From contig JAAEQW010000006.1 in NCBI GenBank assembly GCA_024231025.1, positions 236 to 64,235 on the forward strand: a stretch of DNA of 64,000 nt. Direction: 5' to 3'. The position numbers and the translations under genes were made by a program. A model generated the notes under the pieces. It saw only the letters and a list, made by a program, of their open reading frames with translations. It had not been told where the DNA came from and did not search any database. Position 1 is the stretch's first letter. Each line of letters starts with the position of its first letter. This DNA comes from Candidatus Omnitrophota bacterium (GTDB taxonomy: Bacteria; Omnitrophota; Gorgyraeia; Duberdicusellales; 4484-171). Below are positions 51,126-59,882 of this stretch, piece after piece.

Positions 51126-53720
51126 TTAGAAAGATTCTGAATAGTGTTGGGGGATACTTTCAATCTCTTCTGTGTGGTGGACAGTAAAGTTAATGCCTTT
51201 TAATTCGCTGGGGGGGAATAAAAGAAGAGGCTGATTCGCATAAATATTATAATCAAAGCTGCCTTTACGCTTAATTTTGGTTTCCAAATCAATGCCGCCA
51301 TGAGAACCATCTTTTAGGGCCGAACCCATATCTTTGCCCTGAACATCTTCCGCTCTTTTTGCAGGATCGGTTATTCCTGCTGGAAGATTATCTAACTGTG
51401 TGGCATTAAATGAATGTGAGCTAGAAGCAAAATACATACTCTCCATCATGTATTTTAACCGAGTTGGACCAGTCGGATCAGGTAAAAAGGTACCTCTTTC
51501 TCGATCGTAATTTAAATATAAACATCCCCAGCTACCATCATTATTATCAATAGCAATCTGCAAAAAAGTATCATTATATCCTTTCGGAAAAGATGGCGTT
51601 GGTTCATTTTTATCTGAACCAATACCGAGTCCCCACATACGTCCGAAATGCGTCGGAGATAAATTAGCGACTTCACCTTCTAAAAATAATGTGTGTGTTT
51701 TTTGTTGACCAGTTGCAGGGTCAACTGTATCATACATAACCTTAGTATACTTTTTACCGTCATACTCATAACCATAAGCAGCAAAATAACGCAAGGCAAT
51801 CGCCTCTAACGTCTTGTCACCCATCGAATAATCTATTTCGGCCTCAAACTCCAAATCAAGTCCATAAACAGTTTCGGTTGGACTTATCTTTTCTGCTCTG
51901 TGTTGCAGATACTGCTCATATGCACGAACTGTGCCCTCAGGAATTCTCTGCGCTTTGGCCTGAGTTTCAGTAATCAGACCCTCTTTTAACGATTCGTCTA
52001 CAGCCATGTTGTGAGAAAACATCCAATTATACCCTCGCTTTCGCCAATGCAATTCTACGGTATCGTGGAAAATTTCTTTATATAAATCATCTTCACTCAA
52101 TTCTTCCAAGTCAACCTCAAAGCAAATAATTATTACTCGTCCATCGTCGGTGATAATATTAATTGTCTGCAACCCATCTTCACGGATTACTGTTTCTTTT
52201 AATCTTTGAATTAACGGACTATTTCCAACTAGTGATAATGGGATCACCTCAACATCTGCTGAATCCAAAACCTTAACTTTTTGCCATTTGCCATCAGCCG
52301 TTTCCATAAAGACTTCGTTCTTATGCCCCCATGCATTATCCACTGATGCAAAGGCTCCCTTTAAAGCATTGATCCGGTTAAGGTTTCTTCTTATTCCTAA
52401 ATTGGGGTCGTGGGTATCGCTATTTTCATCAGTTGCTGCAAGCAATTTTAATATTAAATCGCGCTCATCTTGTTCATCGGAATCCGGAATTAATTCGCGT
52501 ACCGCATTCACAAAACCATGCCTTACAGATATGTCTCCTCTGATGTTTCCTCCTACATCCGGCGTACCATCTCCGGTAATTTTTAATGGGTCACCCTTAA
52601 CATTTTCCCCTATCGCTTTTGCCGCTCCTTGGGAACGTGTGCTCTTTTTTTCGATTCTTTCACTGCATGCAAGAGTAGCTCCGCCAGAATAATACTTTCT
52701 GCGAATAGGCTTATGAGATCCGACGTTTCTTTCTCGTTTGATAAAATTATAAACCCCCTTCTCATAGGCGAGATTATACTGTTCGTACACCTTTTCTTTA
52801 ATCTGAGAATCAGAACACTCTACGCCAGCAATCTTTTTCTGATCGGTATAAATTTGATTTAAAAGTGCGGTCTTTAAATGATTCTTATACCATAAAGCTA
52901 AAATAACCGAGTTTACTGCCTGCCTTATCGGAGTAAAAGATCGATTACGATTAACTTCTTGTTCTACTTCAGGTAAAATAATTTCTTTGGTTATTTGTGC
53001 AGAAATGCTCTGAGCATCTTCACTTTTTTTATCGACCCCTTTTCTAAGATAATCTTTGCTTCTCCTCATCGCCAAATAATCTGCCTCTAATAATACTTTC
53101 AACTTCGGTTTAGTAAGAAATGCTTTATTTCCATCTTCGTATACCACGATTTCCTCAGGCTTAATCCACACTTTGTTAAAAGTACTAATTGGAATGTTTG
53201 TAGTACCAAATTTTTTATAAACTTCTTGGTGTACGTTTTGCCAAAAAGTTTTACCCGGCTCTTCCTCTGGATAAGTTAAGGATGCCATTAGTTGTTTTAA
53301 AAGATAATCTTGAGTTAATAATTCTTTACCCAGGGTAGTTTTACCTAGTTCATCCGGAATAATCCGGTTACTCTCGTAAGGTGATAAGTTTACCCAAAGA
53401 TCCTCCTCAGGAATAGTTAAAGCAGCAAAAAAATACTCAATAAGCTCATCGGCTTTCTGTTTGACTTGATCCTTAGTTAGATCTCGATTATCACCGGTAT
53501 CAAGTATAAAACTAAACCGCCAAGGATTATTTTTGTCAATTTCAATGCCTACTAATATTGGCGGATTGCAAAGGCTAGTGGTTCTAACCATTCCCTCTGG
53601 TAGTGGCAGACTTTTTGAGGAATCACTAGAAGACACAGGGCTACTACACCCCAACAAAATCACCAAAAAACCACCGATCAAGGATTTAAAACAATTGCCT
53701 GAAAACACATTCTCTGTCAT
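51126..53720 (-). CDS. Large modular lipoprotein, paralog 2 (conserved N-domain; unknown cargo; GGIDL tail)
   Basis: LLGC lipobox; WVNLSP, LKQL..LTYPE, NKVWI, RKYYSGG; GGIDL at 51285-51299. Confidence 0.82.
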   Translation of the reverse strand: MTENVFSGNCFKSLIGGFLVILLGCSSPVSSSDSSKSLPLPEGMVRTTSLCNPPILVGIEIDKNNPWRFSFILDTGDNRDLTKDQVKQKADELIEYFFAALTIPEEDLWVNLSPYESNRIIPDELGKTTLGKELLTQDYLLKQLMASLTYPEEEPGKTFWQNVHQEVYKKFGTTNIPISTFNKVWIKPEEIVVYEDGNKAFLTKPKLKVLLEADYLAMRRSKDYLRKGVDKKSEDAQSISAQITKEIILPEVEQEVNRNRSFTPIRQAVNSVILALWYKNHLKTALLNQIYTDQKKIAGVECSDSQIKEKVYEQYNLAYEKGVYNFIKRERNVGSHKPIRRKYYSGGATLACSERIEKKSTRSQGAAKAIGENVKGDPLKITGDGTPDVGGNIRGDISVRHGFVNAVRELIPDSDEQDERDLILKLLAATDENSDTHDPNLGIRRNLNRINALKGAFASVDNAWGHKNEVFMETADGKWQKVKVLDSADVEVIPLSLVGNSPLIQRLKETVIREDGLQTINIITDDGRVIIICFEVDLEELSEDDLYKEIFHDTVELHWRKRGYNWMFSHNMAVDESLKEGLITETQAKAQRIPEGTVRAYEQYLQHRAEKISPTETVYGLDLEFEAEIDYSMGDKTLEAIALRYFAAYGYEYDGKKYTKVMYDTVDPATGQQKTHTLFLEGEVANLSPTHFGRMWGLGIGSDKNEPTPSFPKGYNDTFLQIAIDNNDGSWGCLYLNYDRERGTFLPDPTGPTRLKYMMESMYFASSSHSFNATQLDNLPAGITDPAKRAEDVQGKDMGSALKDGSHGGIDLETKIKRKGSFDYNIYANQPLLLFPPSELKGINFTVHHTEEIESIPQHYSESF

Positions 53721-53728
53721 ATACAATT

Positions 53729-53804
53729 AATACCATTTTAATGGAACAAAAGCTATAAAATGGAGTGGTTTTTTAGGGTTTTTTGTAAGCGGTTACAAAA
53801 AATA
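53729..53804. repeat. 76-bp promoter cassette, near-identical to 63404-63479
   Basis: aataccattttaatgg..caaaagctataaaat.gagtg.ttttttagggttttttgtaagcggttacaaaaaata. Confidence 0.9.
53784..53797 (-). promoter_or_regulatory. LacI/cre-type operator upstream of paralog 2
   Basis: Coding strand TGTAACCGCTTACA within a TTTTGTAA..TTACAAAA palindrome. Confidence 0.75.
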
Positions 53805-53874
53805 AAAAATTGGCAGCATCGTCAGAGACGCTTTGAAATTAATCGGAGAATTTGTAAGGGGTTAAAGAATTTAT

Positions 53875-56800
53875 TTACTTCCAGGAATTTACGGCAAGGT
53901 CATCGATAAATTCATAAGGGGATATATCACCCATGAAGGTAATTTCAAAAGTAAGCGTATCAAAATCCCCATCAATTATACGTAGGGGCGGGCCTTGTGT
54001 CCGCCCGTAATCTTCATCAAGACCTTCACCAACGGTTTCTAAATTAAAAGAATCTTGGGTTACATCAATACCGCCAACGCTATTAGCAGAAGGAGTATCC
54101 ACCTCTTTAACCTTATCGCCCTTATCTTGAAAATCAACAATCATATCTGCTGTAACTACATATAAGGCTTTAACTAGCTCTTGTAATGGCAGAGGACCAT
54201 TTACCGGACCTAAATCAGGATTAACATCATCAAAGTAATATCCTCTTTTTCCGTCTTTTTCCATAGTCTTAAAGCCTCTTGATCCTTCGTAACTTTCAGA
54301 ATAATCTGGGTTAACTTCATATAGTTCACTACGAATAGAATTCTTTATTAAATCATCTGCATATTCATCACCCTCTGCCATAAAATAAGCCATCTGTTTA
54401 GCTAGACGCTCCCAATTGATTAAATCAATTGTTCTGCCTGAAGCTTGCCTGCCACTAAAGCTAGTGTAGGCTTGCTCAAACATCTCTTTCATTATGCTTT
54501 GTAACTGATTGATACTTTCTATACTATCTATATCAAGCTGGTTGGTCTCTCTAAGATAACTACCAATCATAAGAGTTGAGGCAAAAAGATAATCTCCCAG
54601 ATAGCTTGCAAGGTAAAAGTTAGAAGCACTAGGACCAAATCTTTGTAGCGAATGTAGAATATCAGGTACATCTTTATTGCTAGGATTGGCTATATCCTCA
54701 AGATTAAAAACATTTGCAAAATCAGCTACTCCAGAAATTCTAGAATTAGGGTACTTAACTGAACTAGGCCAAGCATGAAGTCTTCCTGTGCCAGAACGAC
54801 TCATTACTTGTTGAATAATTGCAATCATCCATTGAAATCTTCTATTTTGGCCAAGGTTATGGAAGAGTTCAATTAAATCAGTATGGAGCAATCCGTGTCT
54901 ACCTAAGACAAAGAGATCATGGATTGAAGTCAAAAGAGCACCCTTGAACTGCTCAATATCTAATTCGCTATCGTTAAGATAAGTTAAGTAATCTTCATTA
55001 TCCAGTTCATAGGCCATAAGGGTGTAATGCTTATACCTATGGTCTGGGGTTAGAGCTTCTCCTTCCTTGCTGGCTTGACCATTAAGCGCCGCTAAGGCAC
55101 CCTCCGACAAAGAAGCAACTCTGTTTACTCTTTGACCATTTACTAATAAAGCTTTTGGGTATTGGCCTTTAAGCCCTAAATTGCCTTTATGCTGATAGAT
55201 ATATTCGATAAGCTGATGTTCATAAAACAAATCGTTAGGGTTTTCTTTATCCTTAAGGACTTTGACGCATAAAATCTTACCTTCCCTAGTTTTGTAAACC
55301 AAAGTTCTACCTTGAGCACGTAACAAAACAGCACCTTCTAGAAAACCGTCAAGACTATCTAATTTAGAAAACTCTTTTAACTGCCTAGCTTGTTTTTGAG
55401 GCAATTCAGAAGGTAAAACCTCTAGTTTAGGCGGCTGATTATCGCTTAATGCTGCTTCGCTATAAGTATTGTAGTTAGCCGGAGAATCTCCACCATCGCT
55501 AAAATCAATTGCATACAATCTAAAGGCCTGACGCATTAATTCAATGCTAATATCTCTCTCCTTTTTTCGCAAGTATTGAGCAAATTTAAAGAAATAACGG
55601 CTATCGTTCATAGCGCTATCAGCATCAGACATCCTTACACGCGATAACAAAACTAACTGCATCTCATCTTCCAAGGCTTCTAAAGCTTGATCAGGTGACA
55701 CACCATCTGTTATCATTTTGGCTAACTGAGAGTAAAATCTATCCTGATCTCCAGCTTCTCGAGCAAATCGATATATCCACTCAAATTCAGGAGTAAAGTA
55801 TTCGCTAGCTCTTTTTAAGGCTTGCGGGTCATCCTTTAATTCCTTTAAGAGCCTTATAAACGAATTAACAAAAATATTATCTAACTTTTTGCCACATATA
55901 GCTAAATAAGCATCTTTTAATTCCTTATAGCTAAATCCTTTTATATCTTCTTCACTAATTAAACCTGATTCTTTTAACGCATTTACTGCACGAGCAGCTG
56001 AATTTTGCTTTTGCCGATTTGAATTAGCTAAATCACCTATAAAAGTATTTATTGGGAGTCTACTCCTCACCTCATCCCTACTAATCAAACCAGTTTCGAT
56101 CAATGCCTTCATTAACCCGGCAGACATCTCTGGAACATGTTGATCTAGGCTAGTTAGATTAGTAATCAAATTACTTAATAACGGTTCATTCTTTATATCA
56201 TCCTCAGCAATCAATCCTGCTTCTGCCAATGTTTTTATTTTTGCAATGGCCGCATCTCTAACTTGCCAGCTTGAATCGATTATGTCACTAACCAAAGTAT
56301 CCATTGGAAACCTACTCTTTACTTCATTACTTTTAATAGATCCGATCTCTGCAACTGTTTCAGTAATTACTTGTTGCTCGTACCAATACGAATCAGTTAC
56401 CTTGCTAGCCAAAAGATCTATTGGAAGATCTGCTGGAAGTTCATCTTTCACTTCATCTCTACTAATCGAACCAGCCCTAATTAACGCTTCTATTACCCGA
56501 ACAGCTGCATCTTCAACGTCCGTGTATTGACTTTTTGAGGCAATGATTAGCTTGCTCAACAATGAATTATTTTTCATATCATCCTCGGTGATTAATCCAG
56601 CTTCTATCAAGGCTTCTAATGCCAAAAGGACTTGTTTTTTTGTTGATGGTATTAATCCATTAAGCTTATTTATTAAGATATCCAGCATTGGTATATCCTC
56701 AATATCATCTTTGCTAATAAGACCTGCACGTGCTAGCGCACTTATTGTCGAAACCCCACCAATTATCTCTAGCTGATTAAAACTACTCAAACGAATCACT

Positions 56801-58194
56801 AAATTATCTAAGGTCTCTAACCAAGCTACGGACCTTTCAATCTTAACCGCTTCTTCTTCAGACAAAGACTCACTACCCACAACACCATAATCAGTAATTT
56901 TACGACCTGATACCTGCTCTATGTGCTGAGTTGTTTGTTCTTTTTTGCGAGATTTTTCTCCGGGTAGATTCTTAGCACCTTTATGAATATCAGAACCTAG
57001 CCCCACCAAATCACCTATATCTCTAGCAATAGAAACTCCTTTGGGCAATTCAGTAACTACTTGCTGAAAATCTTCAACTTTCTTGTCAAAAAGAACACCA
57101 CCAGAATAATACCTTCTATTTAGTTTTTTATTAGTTGCAGGATCGTAATCTCTTCTTACGTAGTTATAAACACCCTTCTTATAGGCTTCGACATAGAGAT
57201 TGTAGATTTTCTCCTTTGCGCCCTTGTCCTCTAAGCCAATGCCCGAAATTTTGCCTTGGTCAATGTAATCTTTGTAAAAACTATCCTTAAATTTCTTTCT
57301 AAACCAGACTGCCAATACAAGTGCGTGGTATATTTGACGCAAAGTAGCAAAGTTTTCGCCATGGTTTACTTCCTGATTTATTTTAGGAAGAATTGTTTCA
57401 TTGAATATTTGGGATGTTATTTGGTCTATTTGATCTGGGGACTGTCCCATTTTTTTCGCAGAAAAAATAGGGACTGTCCCCTCTCTTAGGGAATTTTGCT
57501 GCACTGCAACATAGTCACGCTGATGCATAACCTTTAGGCTCGCTTCCAAAATAAATGCCGTGTTTGCCTTTTCATAGACAACACTTTTCTCCGGCATAAT
57601 CCAAACCTTATTATAAGTATTGATTGGCATATCCGATGTGCCAAATTGATCAGCTAATTGTTGATAAACCTGTTGCCAATATTCTTTGCCAGTTTCACTT
57701 TCGGGATAGGTTAAAGAAGAGACGAGTTGCTTCAAACAATAATCTTGCCCTAACATGTCTTTACCAAGATCAGTCAAAGCAAGATTGCCTGAAGCAACTC
57801 GGTCTTCTTCGTGTGGAGATAAGTTAACCCATAACTCCCCTTGCGGGAGGGTTAATCCAGCTAAAAAATATCTAATAAGCCGCGAGGCTTCTTCGCGGCT
57901 TACATTGTCCTTACTAGAGGTATCAACAATAAATTCGATATTTAAAGGATTCTTGGGACTAAATCGTAGCCCCTTAAGCAATGGATATGAGTAATCTTTC
58001 GATAATGGAAGCAACTTAGTCGGCAGCGGTAAACCATAAACCGCAGCTTGCGCAGTCCTGAGCTTGCCGAAGGAGAGTTGGCGATTACGCAATATTGTAG
58101 GCAGTATAATACCTACAAAAATAGCTATAGCTAAAAATATAGCAATAAATTTAAACGGAATTGTACCTTTTCGTAATATCTTTACATGAGCCAT
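53875..58194 (-). CDS. Large exported modular protein, paralog 3 (conserved N-domain; HEAT-like repeats; SidJ-like pseudokinase; GGIDV tail)
   Basis: TM helix; conserved N-domain; about seven AL..AGLI repeats; GRTL..VKV, HDLFVL..LFH, GRL..W, N.R.SG.AD, DLG..N..L.EL motifs. Confidence 0.85.
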   Translation of the reverse strand: MAHVKILRKGTIPFKFIAIFLAIAIFVGIILPTILRNRQLSFGKLRTAQAAVYGLPLPTKLLPLSKDYSYPLLKGLRFSPKNPLNIEFIVDTSSKDNVSREEASRLIRYFLAGLTLPQGELWVNLSPHEEDRVASGNLALTDLGKDMLGQDYCLKQLVSSLTYPESETGKEYWQQVYQQLADQFGTSDMPINTYNKVWIMPEKSVVYEKANTAFILEASLKVMHQRDYVAVQQNSLREGTVPIFSAKKMGQSPDQIDQITSQIFNETILPKINQEVNHGENFATLRQIYHALVLAVWFRKKFKDSFYKDYIDQGKISGIGLEDKGAKEKIYNLYVEAYKKGVYNYVRRDYDPATNKKLNRRYYSGGVLFDKKVEDFQQVVTELPKGVSIARDIGDLVGLGSDIHKGAKNLPGEKSRKKEQTTQHIEQVSGRKITDYGVVGSESLSEEEAVKIERSVAWLETLDNLVIRLSSFNQLEIIGGVSTISALARAGLISKDDIEDIPMLDILINKLNGLIPSTKKQVLLALEALIEAGLITEDDMKNNSLLSKLIIASKSQYTDVEDAAVRVIEALIRAGSISRDEVKDELPADLPIDLLASKVTDSYWYEQQVITETVAEIGSIKSNEVKSRFPMDTLVSDIIDSSWQVRDAAIAKIKTLAEAGLIAEDDIKNEPLLSNLITNLTSLDQHVPEMSAGLMKALIETGLISRDEVRSRLPINTFIGDLANSNRQKQNSAARAVNALKESGLISEEDIKGFSYKELKDAYLAICGKKLDNIFVNSFIRLLKELKDDPQALKRASEYFTPEFEWIYRFAREAGDQDRFYSQLAKMITDGVSPDQALEALEDEMQLVLLSRVRMSDADSAMNDSRYFFKFAQYLRKKERDISIELMRQAFRLYAIDFSDGGDSPANYNTYSEAALSDNQPPKLEVLPSELPQKQARQLKEFSKLDSLDGFLEGAVLLRAQGRTLVYKTREGKILCVKVLKDKENPNDLFYEHQLIEYIYQHKGNLGLKGQYPKALLVNGQRVNRVASLSEGALAALNGQASKEGEALTPDHRYKHYTLMAYELDNEDYLTYLNDSELDIEQFKGALLTSIHDLFVLGRHGLLHTDLIELFHNLGQNRRFQWMIAIIQQVMSRSGTGRLHAWPSSVKYPNSRISGVADFANVFNLEDIANPSNKDVPDILHSLQRFGPSASNFYLASYLGDYLFASTLMIGSYLRETNQLDIDSIESINQLQSIMKEMFEQAYTSFSGRQASGRTIDLINWERLAKQMAYFMAEGDEYADDLIKNSIRSELYEVNPDYSESYEGSRGFKTMEKDGKRGYYFDDVNPDLGPVNGPLPLQELVKALYVVTADMIVDFQDKGDKVKEVDTPSANSVGGIDVTQDSFNLETVGEGLDEDYGRTQGPPLRIIDGDFDTLTFEITFMGDISPYEFIDDLAVNSWK
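53982..54006 (+). repeat. GTAG-type REP palindrome inside the paralog 3 tail
   Basis: GTAGGGGCGGGCCTTGTGTCCGCCC. Confidence 0.65.
57437..57481. repeat. GGGACTGTCCC-bounded palindromic element inserted in frame
   Basis: Two GGGACTGTCCC units flanking ATTTTTTTCGCAGAAAAAAT; encodes GTVPIFSAKKMGQSP. Confidence 0.7.
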
Positions 58195-58285
58195 GACTTA
58201 TCTCCACATAAGTATGCCTACCATATATAAGTAACATTTCTGCATGTTATAAATCAAGAGAAAATGCTGATTTTATTGGGTTTTT

Positions 58286-58299
58286 TGTAAGCGGTTACA
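58286..58299 (-). promoter_or_regulatory. LacI/cre-type operator upstream of paralog 3
   Basis: Coding strand TGTAACCGCTTACA. Confidence 0.75.
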
Positions 58300-58345
58300 A
58301 AAGATGGTTTTCTAATCGGGGGACAGCTACCCTATTTAAACGAGA

Positions 58346-58403
58346 GTTACTCATCGCCTCCCCTGCCGCAGACATAAAAAATCCGCCCTAAAAAAGGACG
58401 GAT
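58346..58403. repeat. Third copy of the tRNA-Ser-downstream terminator cassette
   Basis: gttactcatc.cctcccct.ccgcagacataaaaaatccg.cctaaaaaaggacggat matches the 63491 and 63676 copies; hairpin plus T-tract on the minus strand. Confidence 0.88.
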
Positions 58404-58465
58404 ATCTTTAAGCGTTATTTCAAACAATTAAAGTAAATCAGATTTAATTTGAAGAAGATTTTTTT

Positions 58466-58861
58466 CTAATTCTGACTTTGCAACTTCGCAATTACTGATT
58501 CGGTTGTTTTGTATTCTTTGTATAGCAAAAAAGAAACCAAAGCCAAAATCAACGCCGGAGTAATACCTTTGGACATTGCAACGCCATTTAGCGCTCTTCT
58601 ATATTTTTCACTTTGAGATAACGTGAGTAGAAGGATTTTCTGCATGTCACTATCTTCTGACCTTTCTGGCACATAACCCTTTGCAAATTGAGCATGCTGA
58701 TGGGTTAAATTAGATATTGTTGCATCCATACCCCGTAACATATTGTACGTAAGAAATGGCCAACCAAACATTATCGCTAAGTTAATTACCCCAAGAAAAA
58801 GAAAAATCTTCTGTTTCTTTTTAAGCGAAGATATAAAATTGGTATCTTTTTGATTTAACAT
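58466..58861 (-). CDS. Hypothetical two-TM membrane protein
   Basis: Two hydrophobic segments; GGAGG SD. Confidence 0.6.
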   Translation of the reverse strand: MLNQKDTNFISSLKKKQKIFLFLGVINLAIMFGWPFLTYNMLRGMDATISNLTHQHAQFAKGYVPERSEDSDMQKILLLTLSQSEKYRRALNGVAMSKGITPALILALVSFLLYKEYKTTESVIAKLQSQN

Positions 58862-58872
58862 ATCATTACCTC

Positions 58873-59649
58873 CTATTTAATTTCTATGCTCGCAAGCATC
58901 ATCTCTAAATCGTCTTTATAACCTGCGTATTCGACGGATTTACAGGTAAATTCTAGCCAGTAACTATCATCACCATCCAAAACTATAGCCACAAATGTTG
59001 TTAATAAAGCTCCACCCTCATTACATTCATACACCGCACGAACCACCTCGCGACCGTTAATAACCGTCTCTAAAAGCGCTTCTGTTTCCGTAGCCCCGAT
59101 CATTCTTAAGGTCATGTTTATGGTCATTTTCGCCATATCCACCGAACCGCCACTCTTTTTTGAAAAAGTTACCTCTGGATTATTTATGTCACTAGCTATA
59201 CCAGGCTGATGGGAATATGCCGTAAGTATGGGGGCAGCGGTTAAAGCTAGCTCTACCATCTCCGCAGGAACTCTTGATAAAAAATACTCATCTTTTCTAA
59301 GCTGCGCTTGTTTTTCTTCTTTAGATACAGTAAACCAACCCTGGGGGATGTTTATTCTTGCTTCGGCAGCATCAAAAACAATTACATCAGGCTGCTCTGC
59401 ATTTTCTAACACTAAATCATTGCCTGATTGCATGACATCAAAAGAGCTTTCGCGATCAAATGAACTAGCATCTTCCTTGTAATATGTTAGCGGAACTCCA
59501 TCAATTTCAACTTTTATATATTCATTGGTTTCTTCGGTAACCGTGCCCTCTACGGTCTGCCCATTTGGCAATTTTATAATCTCGCCATAACAAAAACTGA
59601 CAATGTTGCAAAAAGCAAAAAGCACAACACAAATATTTAACATATGCAT
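58873..59649 (-). CDS. Exported hypothetical protein (shared N-terminal beta domain + PsbP/DcrB-like domain)
   Basis: Signal peptide; IKLPNG..VEG.V...T..YI.V...GV.LTYY; INIPQGW...ETVINGRE...ML.SI. Confidence 0.6.
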   Translation of the reverse strand: MHMLNICVVLFAFCNIVSFCYGEIIKLPNGQTVEGTVTEETNEYIKVEIDGVPLTYYKEDASSFDRESSFDVMQSGNDLVLENAEQPDVIVFDAAEARINIPQGWFTVSKEEKQAQLRKDEYFLSRVPAEMVELALTAAPILTAYSHQPGIASDINNPEVTFSKKSGGSVDMAKMTINMTLRMIGATETEALLETVINGREVVRAVYECNEGGALLTTFVAIVLDGDDSYWLEFTCKSVEYAGYKDDLEMMLASIEIK

Positions 59650-59882
59650 ATTATCCTCCTCATTAAAATATTCCTACCCATTTTTATCTTCTATGGGTAA
59701 TTAGATAGAATACGCTGCTCAAAAGAATTAATACTTTATTACGCATGTTATTCACAACCAACACTAGCATTATATCCTTTATGCCTCTATTTCGGAAAAA
59801 AATATGCTGGGTCTGTAAATTGGGAGATTGTGGTGGATTAAAGAGGGGGGGGGTTTTTGTTGGGTAGCAGCCTATCAAGAAA

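Noticed and set aside
59684-59878. 64-aa ORF
   Set aside because: Low complexity over a G-run, no SD and no recognisable motif
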